A stretch of 63,784 nt of DNA, the filler included, from Collodictyon triciliatum (lineage: Eukaryota), in assembly GCA_043381765.1 (NCBI GenBank). It is 5 parts of 5 records of this genome, joined end to end, with 100 filler letters (N's around TTAATTAATTAA, not from the genome) between each part and the next. Parts side by side here need not be neighbours in the genome. Positions count along the whole stretch, not along the records: positions 1 to 19,370 come from JBHJMP010001303.1; 4 more parts are not named here. One strand, written 5' to 3'. The first letter of the stretch is position 1, and every line of letters begins with the position of its first letter. The notes under the pieces were generated by a model, which was given only the letters and a program-made list of their open reading frames with translations, ran no database searches and was not told the origin of the DNA. Made by a program: the position numbers and the translations under genes. Shown here piece by piece: positions 1-13,415 of this stretch.

Positions 1-141
<141 letters not shown>

Positions 142-469
142 CATTGACAACATCAGCCATAAGAACAGTTGAATTTCTTTTTGTTTTTTTTTTTTCTCTT
201 GATTAAACTTCAAATATGCCAATAGTTTGCTCTCGACACATCTTTCATATTTAATAAATAACTGTTCTTGGATTACCGATAGAGGGCTTAAGGTATCACA
301 TATTGGTCGGTATGGAATATAATGGCAACGCGATTCCCCTACTGCAGTGCTCGATGGGCTTTGTCCTTCCGCTAAGAAAGTTATAAATGCCTTTTGATAC
401 CTCTTACCTCTGATGAGCCATATTCACTATCTTTTTTTAACTCCTTAATTATTTATTGTTTTATTTGGT

Positions 470-569
470 TTTTTGTTTTTGTTTTTGTTTTTGTTTTTGT
501 TTTTGTTTTTGTTTTTGTTTTTGTTTTTGTTTTTGTTTTTGTTTTTGTTGTTTTCTCTGTGCAATTGAA

Positions 570-620
<51 letters not shown>
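470..620. repeat. (TTTTTG)n followed by (ATA)n microsatellites
   Basis: Directly visible. Confidence 0.95.
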
Positions 621-621
<1 letters not shown>

Positions 622-753
622 GGTCCAAAACAGATAAGGACAAAGAGAAAAAAAATTTCAACCTAACCCAAGCTTGTGGAAAAGTAAGATTTGGATTGGT
701 TTTTTAAAGGATTGAGGAAAGAGCCGCACACAACTTTCAAAGTATGAGCCTAG

Positions 754-1943
754 ATAGAAGCTCAACGCCGAGTTAGGACGCAGCTTGCAAAGCCCAGGCA
801 ACCCGCCACAGACAAATCTGTCCCATTTCACAGAAGACTGATCGGATCCACACCCGATAGGAACCCAACCAACAAAGAGATTCCCACAACGGCTCTCCAA
901 CGATCTGTTCAGACCCGAAACATCCAGANNNNNNNNNNNNNNNNNNNNNNNNNNNNNNNNNNNNNNNNNNNNNNNNNNNNNNNNNNNNNNNNNNNNNNNN
1001 NNNNNNNNNNNNNNNNNNNNNNNNNNNNNNNNNNNNNNNNNNNNNNNNNNNNNNNNNNNNNNNNNNNNNNNNNNNNNNNNNNNNNNNNNNNNNNNNNNNN
1101 NNNNNNNNNNNNNNNNNNNNNNNNNNNNNNNNNNNNNNNNNNNNNNNNNNNNNNNNNNNNNNNNNNNNNNNNNNNNNNNNNNNNNNNNNNNNNNNNNNNN
1201 NNNNNNNNNNNNNNNNNNNNNNNNNNNNNNNNNNNNNNNNNNNNNNNNNNNNNNNNNNNNNNNNNNNNNNNNNNNNNNNNNNNNNNNNNNNNNNNNNNNN
1301 NNNNNNNNNNNNNNNNNNNNNNNNNNNNNNNNNNNNNNNNNNNNNNNNNNNNNNNNNNNNNCCAGGTATAAGAATTCGCTGGTGATATTAAGAAAATTTT
1401 ATGTGTGTGGCATTGATATGTCCAGTAAGTAGTAGATGGAAAGTACAGCTCTTGCGCAGATGAAACACTCTTGTCAATTATTAACACTTCTTAATTTTCT
1501 TCTAGACAGCGCAGAAGGACCCAATCTTACATTCGGGCATTTCACAGCAATCCAAACCAGAGCTATTACAAGCTCACCCACCCGCAACCTCAAATAGCAG
1601 AGCCACACATCCCACGCACCACTCCTTTGTTTCGCCGTTTCCAGAGAGCCGCACTGACCGAGAGGAGTTGTATGTTGAATCTGACCTGCCCTACGAAACA
1701 GAGAACCCTCCTCAACATAGTTCAAAGAAGCAGAAGATATTTGTAAGCATGTTTTTCATCGCAAGTGCTTTACTCAGATAAGATGTGGCCTCCCCAAATG
1801 GAACCCTGATTTTCGTTTGCTTCTTTTTCTTTCCACAGACCGGCAAGAGAGCAGCAGCCAACAAGTCGAAGAGTCAAGTTCTTGGCACCGTGCTGGATGA
1901 TTTGTACTCTGATTTACCACATAATTTATCCTTCTTTTCATAA
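754..1943 (+). CDS. Hypothetical low-complexity protein, 3' part, spliced and interrupted by an N-gap
   Basis: Open frames 754-928 (IEAQRRVRTQLAKP...), about 1506-1742 ending in a GTAAGC donor, and a last exon after ttccacag reading TGKRAAANKSKSQVLGTVLDDLYSDLPHNLSFFS*. No domain recognised. Confidence 0.35.
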
Positions 1944-2914
1944 TGGTTTTCAAGATATAGAAATTTCATCGATATTTATAATAAACCAGGATTTTACTTA
2001 TATGTCTCTAAATATCGCAAAGCTATTAATTAAAAAAAAACAGGCCTATTGCGTATGTCGATGTTGGGTCAGTGCCGCGAGATGATTTTTACGGTTTTTT
2101 TTTTTTTACTTTTTATTTTTTTACATCGGACCAAACATGTTCATTCTGATTCTACCAACAAATACAGTTGATAAAACAATCCACCATAGCTTTGGTTCGG
2201 CCAATATGACTGTGCACCTGTTCGAATTTTAGATATACCCGTATGTATTCAGCGGGGAACACATGTGTTAAATTCTCTCATCCTGCATCGATGAATCTAG
2301 GCTTGCCGTTCGACTCTGCAAGTGCAAATCCCGACGACATTGACCCCAACGAATGGCTTGCTTGATAAGTCCTGAAGCGGCTTCATAATGACACCAAATC
2401 TCATTTCCATGATAACGTTTTCACGTATAACAACCAGACGGGGAAAAAAAAACCACGTTTCATTGTACTCAACCTACTTCCCGTGTCGCTGCGGCCCAAT
2501 AAAGACAACGCGTTTCTTGCTTCGCTGCAAAATTGGCGTGCGGGGATAATTTCCAATTTCGTGAGTTGTGACAGTAGTACGGTACTCCAGCTGAAACCTG
2601 ATTATTCCACATCTGTGCCTCTTCTATGAAAAAGAAAAGCGCTTCGATCCATGATTGATCTGCTCCAAAGCTGACATAGTAAACCCTAATCGTGTTTCGA
2701 TTCGCCATGTAAGAAAGCGGAACAGAACGTCAGCAAGAAACGCGCGTCGATAAGCAGCAAAACTGACTTGCTCGCTAAATATCGTATGAGAGGCAGAATG
2801 AATGGCTGTATTCAAAGTCGTTTGAGCGTTTCGTCCTTCCCTTCTTGACAAACTCCTGGAAAGCAGCCCTGTTTTTTTCTTTTAGTTTCTGCTGTTTTGG
2901 TCCTTCGAAGGGAA

Positions 2915-2926
2915 TATTACTATTAC

Positions 2927-3021
<95 letters not shown>
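2915..3021. repeat. (TTA)n microsatellite upstream of VPS4
   Basis: Directly visible. Confidence 0.95.
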
Positions 3022-3023
<2 letters not shown>

Positions 3024-3149
3024 AAAAAAACAACCCTTCGCTCTGAAGAGAGGTAGGACTAGCCCAGAGAAAGCAGAGGGATCGTTGCCAAGGCAAAGAG
3101 TCACCAAGTCGGGCTACAACGAAGCGAAGAATAAGTTGCGAAAGATAGG

Positions 3150-6100
3150 ATGTCTAAGGACGGAAGTATGATGGAGAAGGCGATTCGCTTCGCTCAGCAG
3201 GCGACAGAGTTCGACAAGGCCAAGAAATACGAGGAGGCCAGCGATATGTACATCAAGGCTATTGAGCATTTTATGCATGTTGCAAAGTGTATGCCTATTA
3301 TTCATTCGTTTTTTCTTCTTCTTCCTCTTGCTTTGTTTTCATGTTTTAAGCTCCATCGGGAAATCATGATTTTTGAGTGATCGCGCAAAGTGTTTTTGTT
3401 GTTGTTTTTGTTTTTGTTGTTGTTTTTGTTGTTGTTTATGTTGTTGTTTTTGTTGTTGTTTTTGTTGTTTTTGTTGTTGTTGTTGTTGTGCTGATATCGT
3501 ATGTATTCAGACGAAAAGAATCCCACCACGAAGGCGTCGATCAACAAAAAAGTGAAGGAATACGTCGATCGTGCAGAGAAACTCCGCGAGCATTTGAAAC
3601 AGAAGGCTGAAGAGGAGGCCAGGCCAACTACCTCTGACGGGGAGAAAATGATGTAGCTTTCTTGCGATATTCTTACACTACTTTTTATTCCATGATTATC
3701 TTCATATTTTTTTTGGTTTGTTTTTGTTTTTTTAAGTTTCTGCTTCAAATCAGGACCCGTCCGAAGGAGAAAAAGGCTGGTGGCAAGAAGGAAGACGGTA
3801 AGAAAGACGACGGAAAGAAGGATGACGAAGAGGACGCCGAAAAGGGAAAACTGCGCGGAGCTCTGGAAGGTTTCCTCTCAAATATACCTTTTCTTCTTTT
3901 TTTCCTTCTATTTCTTTTTCTTTTTTTCTTTTCTTTCTTTTTTCTTTTTTTCTTTTTTTCTTTTCTTTCTTTTTCTTTCTTTTTCTTTCTTTTCATTTCT
4001 TTTTCTTTCTTTTTCTTTCTTTTTCTTTCTTTTTCTTTCTTTTTCTTTCTTTTTCTTTCTTTTTCTTTCTTTTTCTTTTCTTTTTGTTCTTTCTGCTTAT
4101 ATTTCTCTTGAAACAGGTGCAATTCTCAGCTCCAAGCCGAATGTGAAATGGGACGATGTAGCCGGGCTAGAGGCTGCCAAAGAGGCTCTGAAAGAGGTAG
4201 CGACAATTTTCATCAAAGGCCATCAATAAATCAAAATATACAAAGAAAGTGAATGATAATGTTCTTACACGGCATAATTGTACCATTTTTAATACATGTC
4301 CTGTTTCATACTTCTCAACCATCAAGGCTGTCATCCTGCCAGTCAAGTTTCCTCAACTCTTCCAGGGAAAGCGCAAGCCTTGGAAGGGAATTCTGCTATA
4401 CGGGGTACACAATATCTTGATTTTCACAAAGAGTCAGTTTTCCTCCCAGATGGCACCCACGCTTTTACACAAACACCTATGCATCATCTTCAAATCTGTG
4501 TGATTTATTGACTTACCTCTGTCCTCACCTCACAATCACCATTCCTCAGCCCCCTGGAACCGGAAAGTCATACTTGGCGAAAGCTGTGGCCACCGAAGCA
4601 AACGCCACATTCTTCTCCATCTCTTCGTCTGACCTTGTCTCCAAGTGGATGGGTGAGAGTGAAAGGTATGTGCTTCAACCTTGGATATTTATTGGAAACG
4701 GAATAATAAGGTTAATCTGTTCCAACTAATCCAAAACTTGAATGCAGGCTTGTGAAAAATCTGTTTGAGATGGCTCGCGAAAACAAACCTGTATAATTTC
4801 TCTTTCAAACCGAGAATAATGACCAGCATGTGTATATATATCATTTTGTTTATTGTAATTTCCTCGCACGAAGGCCATTATTTTCGTGGACGAAATCGAC
4901 TCGCTCTGTGGTGCCCGAAGTGAAGGTGAAAATGACAGCGCACGTCGAATCAAAACAGAGTTTCTCGTCCAGATGAACGGTATATATTTTCCAATACATT
5001 ATTTTCTGTGCATATCTTCTCCAATTACATTTGCTTTATTTAGCCAGGCCTCACAATTGTTGCTGGTCGTCAATCACACAGGTGTTGGACATGACGATGA
5101 AGGTGTTTTGGTCTTGGGCGCCACCAATTTACCATGGGCCATTGACTCTGCTATTCGCAGGCGGTAATCAACCCAGATGCAAAGATATATGTGAATGAGT
5201 TTCTCGCCATCCATGATGACCGAAAAATTAGCAAATATCATTGTGTGCTATGTTCCAATCATCTTTTGGGCTCGCTGTTGTAGCTTCGAAAAACGTATTT
5301 ACATCCCACTCCCCGAACCTCCAGCAAGAGGGCTGATGTTCAAGCTTAACGTTGGTATGTGCAATTTTTCTTTTTCTCTTTTTTCTTTTGAGTACTGCCG
5401 AGTGCTTATTTATTATTCTGGCATGCTGATTCACTGGCCTGTTGACATCCCGCTTCAATAGGATCAACCCCCAACGAGCTTTCTGAGGACGACTTTCGCA
5501 AGCTTGGAGACAAGACAGAAGGGTGGGTGTTTTGCTATAGTCGTTTTCTGTCCTCGAGAGGACGGACACGGCTGTTGTACGAAGTGTGGTCGCTCCTTTT
5601 CATTTGTGTCGCTATATTCAGCCAGCCGTTCTTGAAAATGATAATTTTTCCTTTGTCTTCTTTCTATGTTGTTTTACATGTAGCTACTCTGGCGCTGATA
5701 TCGCTATTGTCGTTCGCGAAGCTTTGATGCTTCCCATTCGCAAAGTACAGAGTGCCACACATTTTGAGAAGGTATATATCTTGTGGTTTTCTTGACTTTA
5801 TTCCTTTCATGCAAACAAGGTTTTCATTTTTCATATTATTTTGGAGGGATAAATATATGCAATCATATATTATGAGGATTGAAATCGTAGAGGCAGCTTT
5901 CTCCAAAATTTATATGCGCCTCTTTATGGGATACCAGGTGATGCGCGAAGACCCAAGTGCCCCAGGAAAGAAAGTGGAGTATTTCTCTCCGTGCCCTCCA
6001 GGTATAACTGATTTTACTTCAGCCTTTAATCAAGCTTAAATGGTTTGCCCGAGCTCAAGCAATTCCTATCAAACTGTGCGGCCGTTCTCATCTTGCCCAA

Positions 6101-6830
6101 TCACACAAATCAATCGAACCCAAATTCTCTCTCTCACTCACTCATCGGTTATTCACGCAGCAAACAGAGGCCGTCCAAATGTCGTAGAAATGAACTGGAT
6201 GGACCTTCCAGACGGCAGACTTGTGGAGCCCATTCTCACCAGGGTTCTTGATTTGTTAATCAATTGATTGTTCATTGTTCATTGTTCATTGTTCATTGTT
6301 CATTGTTCATTGTTCATTGTTCATTGTTCATTGTTCATTGTTCATTGTTCATTGTTCATTGTTCATTGTTCATTGTTCATCGTTCATCGTTCATTGTTCA
6401 TTGTTCATTGTTCATTGTTCATTGTTCATTGTTCATTGTTCATTGTTCATTGTTCACCGTGACTTCAATTTTAATTAAATATGTAAAATGCCAGTCTGAC
6501 TTTGAGTCCAGCTTGAGCACAACTCGCCCGAGCGTCTCCCCGAGTGACCTTGAGAAATATGTATGTATTATCATCAGTGCCCGTTATTTGCTTCTCCTTC
6601 TTTCTTTTTTCTTTTTTTCTTTTTTTCTTTTTTTCTTTTTTTCTTTTTTTCTTTTTTTCTTTTTTTCTTTTTCCGTCACGAGGTTTTGATATCTGATTGC
6701 GCAAACTGGTGGCTCTCTTATGTGGATTCGGTGTGTCGGTTGTCAGGGTGGAAAGTGGAAAAAGATGGATGCTCAAATCAGACTATGGTTGCAGGTACAA
6801 TTCACTCAAGAGTTTGGCCAAGAAGGATAA
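3150..6830 (+). CDS. VPS4: Vacuolar protein sorting 4 AAA+ ATPase (ESCRT-III disassembly), multi-exon
   Basis: N-terminal MIT domain ([21 protein letters not shown]), [21 protein letters not shown], Walker A GPPGTGKS, Walker [29 protein letters not shown] and the C-terminal [13 protein letters not shown] introns join the exons in frame. Confidence 0.97.
6267..6456. repeat. (TTGTTCA)n 7-bp tandem repeat in a VPS4 intron
   Basis: About 27 units, two with a T>C variant. Confidence 0.95.
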
Positions 6831-7461
6831 CCCAACTGCAGGCAACGCCACCATCAGGATTCATTGTATAACCGTTCTCTGCAGCCCCTTTTCGTTCCTG
6901 CTTGCTGTCACAGACATGATGATTTAAAAAAAAAAAAAGCGAATGACACAAAATAGTCCTTGATAAACCCCATGAAAAAAAAAAAAAAGGAATCGGGCGC
7001 AGACACGTGAACGGAAGCATAAATATGACTCCGAGGCCGAAAAAAAAACTATAAGCTGTTACAATATTCCATCATATATATGCTTATACAACACACAGTG
7101 ATATTTGAATGTCGTTGTACACTACAACAAAAACAGAAGAGAGCAGAACCATGTGTGGTTGGGTCGTCAGTCTATGCGGCCGTCCACAACACGCCAGTAT
7201 CTGATGAGCCCGATGCAAGACCCAGTGAGGAGTAACACGTTTATGCAGAAGGTGGGTGAGTATAATGTAAGGAGAGAAGAGAGCAACGCCGACCGAAAGA
7301 CAACAGAAACAAGCGAAGCGAAGCCGATAGGAAGAGCACAAAAAGGCAAAAAGAGCGAAGGGACTGATAAAGAGGGAGAAAACCAAGAGAAACAACACCG
7401 ACTCGCAGACACACCACACTACACTACTCGCTCCTTCCTGTGTCCCTGCTCTTCGCTTGAA

Positions 7462-10454
7462 TCACGACGGAGGAGGAAACCCTGCAGGATTGGACGCGTC
7501 TGCCTGGCTGAAATACTGGTTGTGCTTGAACTCGGAGTAGAGCGTAAAGAGCATGTGAAGCGATTCGACATAGCTGTTGCTTCCTTTCTTGTGCACGGGG
7601 ATGTCCACAACGCCGCAGACAAGCTGCACAAAGTCCTTCAGGGCCAAGTCCAGGTCGCCGTCCGGAAGGCTGATCTGTGGTCGACACGTTGTGATTACCG
7701 ATGCAGTTGGTCCGATTATCATGATTATTCGGATGATGGAAGAAAAGAAGAAAAAATCGTGCATTGGGAGCATATTGTTTGTTTTGTTGAGGCGGATGGA
7801 CGAGAGTCGGATAAAGTGTGGGTGATGTGCGTTGGGATAAAGGTTAGGTGGGGTTCTGTGCAAGGGGTTTAAGTGGGAACAGAATGGTACAATATTGATT
7901 AATAATATTGTTTTAATGACAACCACCCATATGGTTAATGCTATGTTTCCATTTCAACAGACAAGACAATCATGTTTTGTTTCGTTATTTTGATAAATTT
8001 GCTTTTCAAAGGGGACATCCTCGATATCTGCATCTATGGCTGTGGCGAACGACGAACGGCCGCCAACAGCACTTATGTGGTATTGCGGTTGTTTTGTTGC
8101 TTGGTGTGGTTATCTTCTGACCTGGGCAAGCACGTCCTCCACTTGTGTTGGCCAGAGCTGCATCAGAGCCTCAATGTCGGGCATCGGCCGGGAGTAGTTG
8201 ACAGCTGCAGTCGGTTTGCTGCGGTGGAGTTCTGTGATGCTGCTGATCCAGGATGAGATGGCCTTCGGGTTCTTTTCGGCGTTCTCGATACTGCGCACAG
8301 CCATCGGCTGCGAGTTTGACTGCTTTGTGAATGCTCGCAACTGCAAGTCCATCACTCAAAGGAGAAATGCACCATCGTCAGATTTGGATTACATTCAAAT
8401 GTAGGTGAATATACATATTTATATGCGCTCCTTCATAATGGAGAATAAGTAGCAAAGTACCAGTTGGGTCCGATTGTTTGCTACATGGCTCGTCAAGAGC
8501 TGTGAGGCCGAGTAGTTCAGGGTGTCCGTCGGGGCGAGGAACCTGGCAATTGCAGGCATAAAAATACGCACAATTAGACTTTTGTTGTGACTCAGGCACG
8601 TGGTTGGAGCAAAAGAAACAGCCACGTCTTCGTTAAAATAGTAATAATAGTAAAATAATCATAATAATGCCAAGAATGATGTTTGGACTCAATACAGTGG
8701 GACTAAAAATTAAAGGAAAGTACTTCAATTACTGGAACTCACCTTGAGAAATGCATCGATGTCCCCAATGGCGGGGATAAAGTCTGGAATGAATGGTCTC
8801 ATCTTTGTCTCAATTTCGATATTGTGGGGTTTGTAGCGTGTGATGTATTGGAACATTTCCTTGATTTCTTGCGAGACAGGAAGATTTGCGTACTCGGCTG
8901 GGTTGTACCTGGTGTAAAAAAAAAAAAAAGGCTCTATTATGGGGACATTTCACCATTTCCGCTATTTGAGTTCTTCATTAAACTTGTCTTTGAATCAGGA
9001 AGAAAATCTCCCATATACAACTGCATAAATAGATGAATGAGGATGCGAATCGTTATCCGAGTTGGAAAATGGAAGAGTATGGATATAAGAAACCAAGACT
9101 AGCAAGGTAAAGCAACTCGGTAAATGTATAGATATTATCGTTCCTCACCCAACTTTATGAGGAGATATTGTGTGGTCATCGTCATCTTCATCCTCTTCGC
9201 TCCCATCTTCGTCTGTCTCATCCGTCTGTGCGGCAGTCTTTTGCGGAGCTCTTTTATTCAAATACCAATAATTAGGGAGTTCTTTGGACAGAACTTTGGC
9301 AAAAAACAAAAATAAATAAATAATTCAAGTCTCGTTTCTCTCGTTGTGATAAAAGGTATGTGGTATTGCTCATCGGAGGATTCTAAGTGCTTCTCACAAA
9401 GATATAAATGTGGATTTATCTGTCTACAAGAAATCACATCATACGGTTCATAAATGAGGGAAACATCAAAAGTCGTGTTGCGGTGTTTTGTCTAAATAAT
9501 ATTGACATGGAATGTTAGAAACCTGGTATTTGAATTTAAGGCCTGGTGGGTTTCTGTCGCAGGCTTTGCTTGCTGCTTTGTAGAGACGTTTTTTTTTTAA
9601 AAAAAAAAAAGAAGTTAGTTACACATATTCCGAATCAAAATAATCCGGCAAGGGCAGGGTGGGATAGGAAAAAGTGATTGGGGCGTTGATTTGTTGGTAT
9701 ACTTTGACTGAAGGCTGCTTTGTGGGTGGTTGGTGCATCTCGTGTTCCTCTTCTTCACCGTCATCATCATATTCTTCTCCATTGCTGTGTTCACCTTCGT
9801 GCTCGGGTGACTCGTGGCCTGGTGATGAATCACAGCAATTACCTCGGAATTCACAGGGCAAGAGCTCCAAATTATCAAGAACCACGCGAATATTTCGGCA
9901 GAGAATATTTTATATTTACCAAGAGGACTAATAGACTTGAGGATACGAAAGATGAAACAAAATAGTGAGAAAAATGAAAATGAAAATGAAAATGAAGAAA
10001 TGAAGAAATGAAGAAATGAAGAAATGAAGAAATGAAGAAATGAAGAAATGAAAATTGAAGAAATGAAAAAAATGAAAAAATGAAAAAATGAAAAAAATGA
10101 AATGATGATATGATGATATGATGCCCGAAACAATTTAGAATAACCAAGTCTGCAACACTGCGTTTTCTTTAGGGCTGACCTTTGAACTTCCTCCCCAGCA
10201 CGTCCTTCGAATGCTCCGGAGTGGCGATTTCATCGTCGTTGTCACTTAAGTGCACAACCTCGTCATACGGTAGATTCGGAACGCTTTCGCCCTGATTCGA
10301 TCGACAAGAAGCAAGTGCAAGAAGTAAAAGAAATTATGCAGAGGGAAAATGAGAAAACAGCAGAGAAGGGGTAGAATAAAAAAAAAGTGGTAAAGAAAAA
10401 ATGGAGGATATAGGAAAAAAAAAAAAAAAAAAAAACGGACACTATTACCTCCAT
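7462..10454 (-). CDS. IFT46: Intraflagellar transport protein 46 (IFT-B), multi-exon
   Basis: Start MEGESVPNLPYDEVVHL, acidic N-terminus, MRPFIPDFIPAIGDIDAFL.VPRPDG, LGLTALDEP, MPDIEALMQLWP, and C-terminal DIPVH...SLHMLFTLYSEFKHNQYF, all typical of IFT46. Confidence 0.92.
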
Positions 10455-10984
10455 CCGGGCTCTTTCTCAATCCTTCTTCCTAACTTTTTTTTTTCTTTCT
10501 CGATCCTTCTTCCGAACTTCTCAAAAGTCTCCCTCGCCAATCTTTCGCGGCCGTCCGATCGGATGTTGAGCAGTGCGGCCGAAGAAGGTGTGTTTTGCAA
10601 TGTGTGCCTGTTTCTATTACTTGCTGATTTGCGCTGATTTGAGAATGCAAAACTCTTGGAACCTTCTCGAAACTGATGCAAAAAAGGAGTTTTCCACATA
10701 AAGACATAACGGATACTTTTTATGGAAGCCTCAGAACCCACTCAAGTAGACATCTCTCAACCACACTTCCTGAAGTATAATATCAATAAAACACACATAT
10801 ATAATCATATCTGAAAATATTTCATACATTTATCGAGTGAATAATCAGTATCATTTGATATTATAAATATATATTCCAAATATAATAGTACGATATTTAG
10901 TTGAGAAAAGGGAGCTGCGGAGTTGATGCAAAAGGTAAAGCGCTGCTTGCTATGCTTCCATAGCGGGTTTCTTTTCAAAATCAT

Positions 10985-11643
10985 CTACTCATTTATGACT
11001 CCGTTCAGCTGCGCATCGTTCAGTATTGCAGCAAGCAGCAGCTTCTTTTTTTCCTCCTCCACGTGAGACAATAAGTCTTCCGGCAAGGAATCCATACCGG
11101 CTTCGGCGTCGTTTGTGAAGTGCTCGTTTGCTGTTTCGCTCCCGCCCACTTCGAGGTCACCCCCGTTTTCTTCATCAGATTCATTTTCGACATGGTATTC
11201 CTCCCGTTCTTTTTCAGATCCATCGGGCATCCCTTCAGTTACAGATGCTAGGCTTCCTTCGACTGGGAAGTTCTCCAACTTCCCTTCTCCCACTTCATCG
11301 CCTTCGTTATGTTCTCTTCTCTTCCTTTTGGAATATGTGTTTGCATCGACTTTGCTGGGTGGTGTGTAAATATTGGCTTCATAGTCGGCATTGTTTTCAG
11401 GCAACACGACATAGATTGTTGGGTACTCGATGATTGTTTTGCCACTCAAAGCCACCAACAAATTATCTGTGATACTGATGCGGTAGTATTGGGGCTTATT
11501 CGCCTGTATGAATATAAATTTTAGTGATAAATGTGGGTTGATCAATCCCATGCAAGATGCGATGAAATCATTCGATGTAAAAAAATTAATTAACAGAATT
11601 TGATGATGTGAAACTATGATGATTCACATATCATCGTGAATCC

Positions 11644-11741
<98 letters not shown>

Positions 11742-12809
11742 TAATAATAACAATAATAATAATAATAATAATAATGGAGCGATGATTAACTAACTGGTGA
11801 AGATGGTACAAGCATGTAAAGACAGAGCAACTTCGGGCTATGATACTGCGCATAGGCATCTATTTTTTGCCTTGTGGGTCCGTTTCCTGGACGGGCAATT
11901 ATGTGGTATAGAAGTACATCTTCTAAAATCTTTCTTTCATCCACTTTAGAGTCAATAAGACAAACGTTTGATGTTGCGAATATCCATTCCACTCGCCAGT
12001 ACAATGCTTTATCCCTTTTGGACAGAAATATCCAGTTATTTTTTTAAAGATTGGTTTAATATCCAGAAATGAGATTTTGCTTTTTTTTAAAAAAAAATAA
12101 ATATATATTTGATTATGGATTTATTGAGCATTTTCAATATATGACACTTACTTTGTATTCAGAGTTGTTGTGTTTTCCTTGTGGCGTGAAAATAACGCAG
12201 GCATCAGTTTCAATGTTATGTTTCTCCTGCGTGCAGCTTTTTGTAGGCACTGCATCGATGAAGCATTTCCGCTGGCTTTCGGAGCACGAATTGCATTATC
12301 CACTACGCGGTTGGCGTCCTCCAAAAAGTGGTAATCTTTTCGAAAAGAACGATAGATTTCATTCAGAAAAGAGAAAAAAAGAAAAAAAAAAGAGAAAAAG
12401 AGAAAAAGAGAAAAAGAGAAAAAGAGAAAAAGAGAAAAAGAGAAAAAGAGAAAAAGAGAAAAAGAGAAAAAGAGAAAAAAAGAAAAAGAGAAAAAAAGAA
12501 AAAAGAAAAAAGAAAAAAGAAGAAAGAAAAAAGAAAAAAGAAAAAAAGAAAAGCTTGCAAACCACTCAGCAAAGTTTGGTCGTCGAACTTGGCAGCCGAC
12601 ACGAAGGCTGTTTTGTCTCTCACACCAGAACAGCTCAAACGCGACTTGTGGATGTCGCAGCAGCGAAGTGAGCAGGTGCGATGAGTGCAGGCCGGACAGC
12701 GGTACTTTGCAGCAACCAAGCCGCACTCCTGACACAGGCAGGTCGCACTTTGAGCCGCTGCGTTCGCCGTTTCGGTCGGTTCTGCAGCCTCTTGTATTGC
12801 TCCATCCAT
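10985..12809 (-). CDS. BCD1: Box C/D snoRNA protein 1 (zf-HIT; ZNHIT6/BCD1)
   Basis: CQEC...KYRCPACTHRTCSLRCCDIHK...CSGVRDKTAFV...LLSDYHFLED, LYWRVEWIF, LSGKTIIEYPTIYV, acidic tail. Confidence 0.9.
11646..11775. repeat. (ATA)n microsatellite in a BCD1 intron
   Basis: Directly visible. Confidence 0.95.
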
Positions 12810-13415
12810 TCCTCAGCTCTATCAAGCGCGACTCCACAGCTCTTCTAGCGTTTTCTCTTGAATACTTCTTGTTTTTTCAGTCACACTTTTTATTATTCCG
12901 CATGGTCAACGTTTCGCCTGCTTGCATTTTGTGGCCTTTCGCTTTGTGCAGGTTGGCCACAACCAACAACACACAACGGCCTCCTTCGCTAAAAAGAAGA
13001 TTCACCTAGTGCGAGTGGAAAAGAAAAAAGTAAAGTACAAAGAAAAGAACAAAAGAAAAGAAAAAAGAAGATTAAAAAGAGAAGAACAAAGAACAGTAAA
13101 AAGAAAAGAACAAAGGAGGCATATCAACTTCGCACAACGCAGTGATTACATTCCGTTCGCTCAAGAGTTTGGCTATGTGTGACACAGTTCTTGTTTATCT
13201 ACTGTCTGACAGAGGAAAAAAAAGAAGGTATTATTTAAAAAAAAAACAGACGAAAATCTTTCTCTGACTACATGATACGATGACACGTACAGATGTCTTT
13301 TTGAAAGCTTATTGTTATTAATTTTTTTTTTTTTTTTGCATCTCATAGATTTTCATGCGACGAAGAAAATTAGGCCGTCGCCTTTAAATGGCGAATGAGA
13401 ACCGTACCAGCGACA

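Noticed and set aside
394-707. ORFs of poly-N/I/L/FV/KQ here, and similar F/S- or K/E/R-rich ORFs across the window
   Set aside because: They are translations of intronic or intergenic microsatellites.
2090-2708. Possible small minus-strand gene with a P-loop-like RVVFIGPQRHGK
   Set aside because: I could not build a consistent spliced ORF with further NTPase motifs. Left uncalled.
6267-6456. (TTGTTCA)n as a CRISPR-like array or coding repeat
   Set aside because: It has no spacers. It is a simple 7-bp tandem repeat inside a VPS4 intron.
7105-7872. 255-aa plus-strand ORF
   Set aside because: It lies antisense to the IFT46 last exons and 3' flank and has no recognisable domain.
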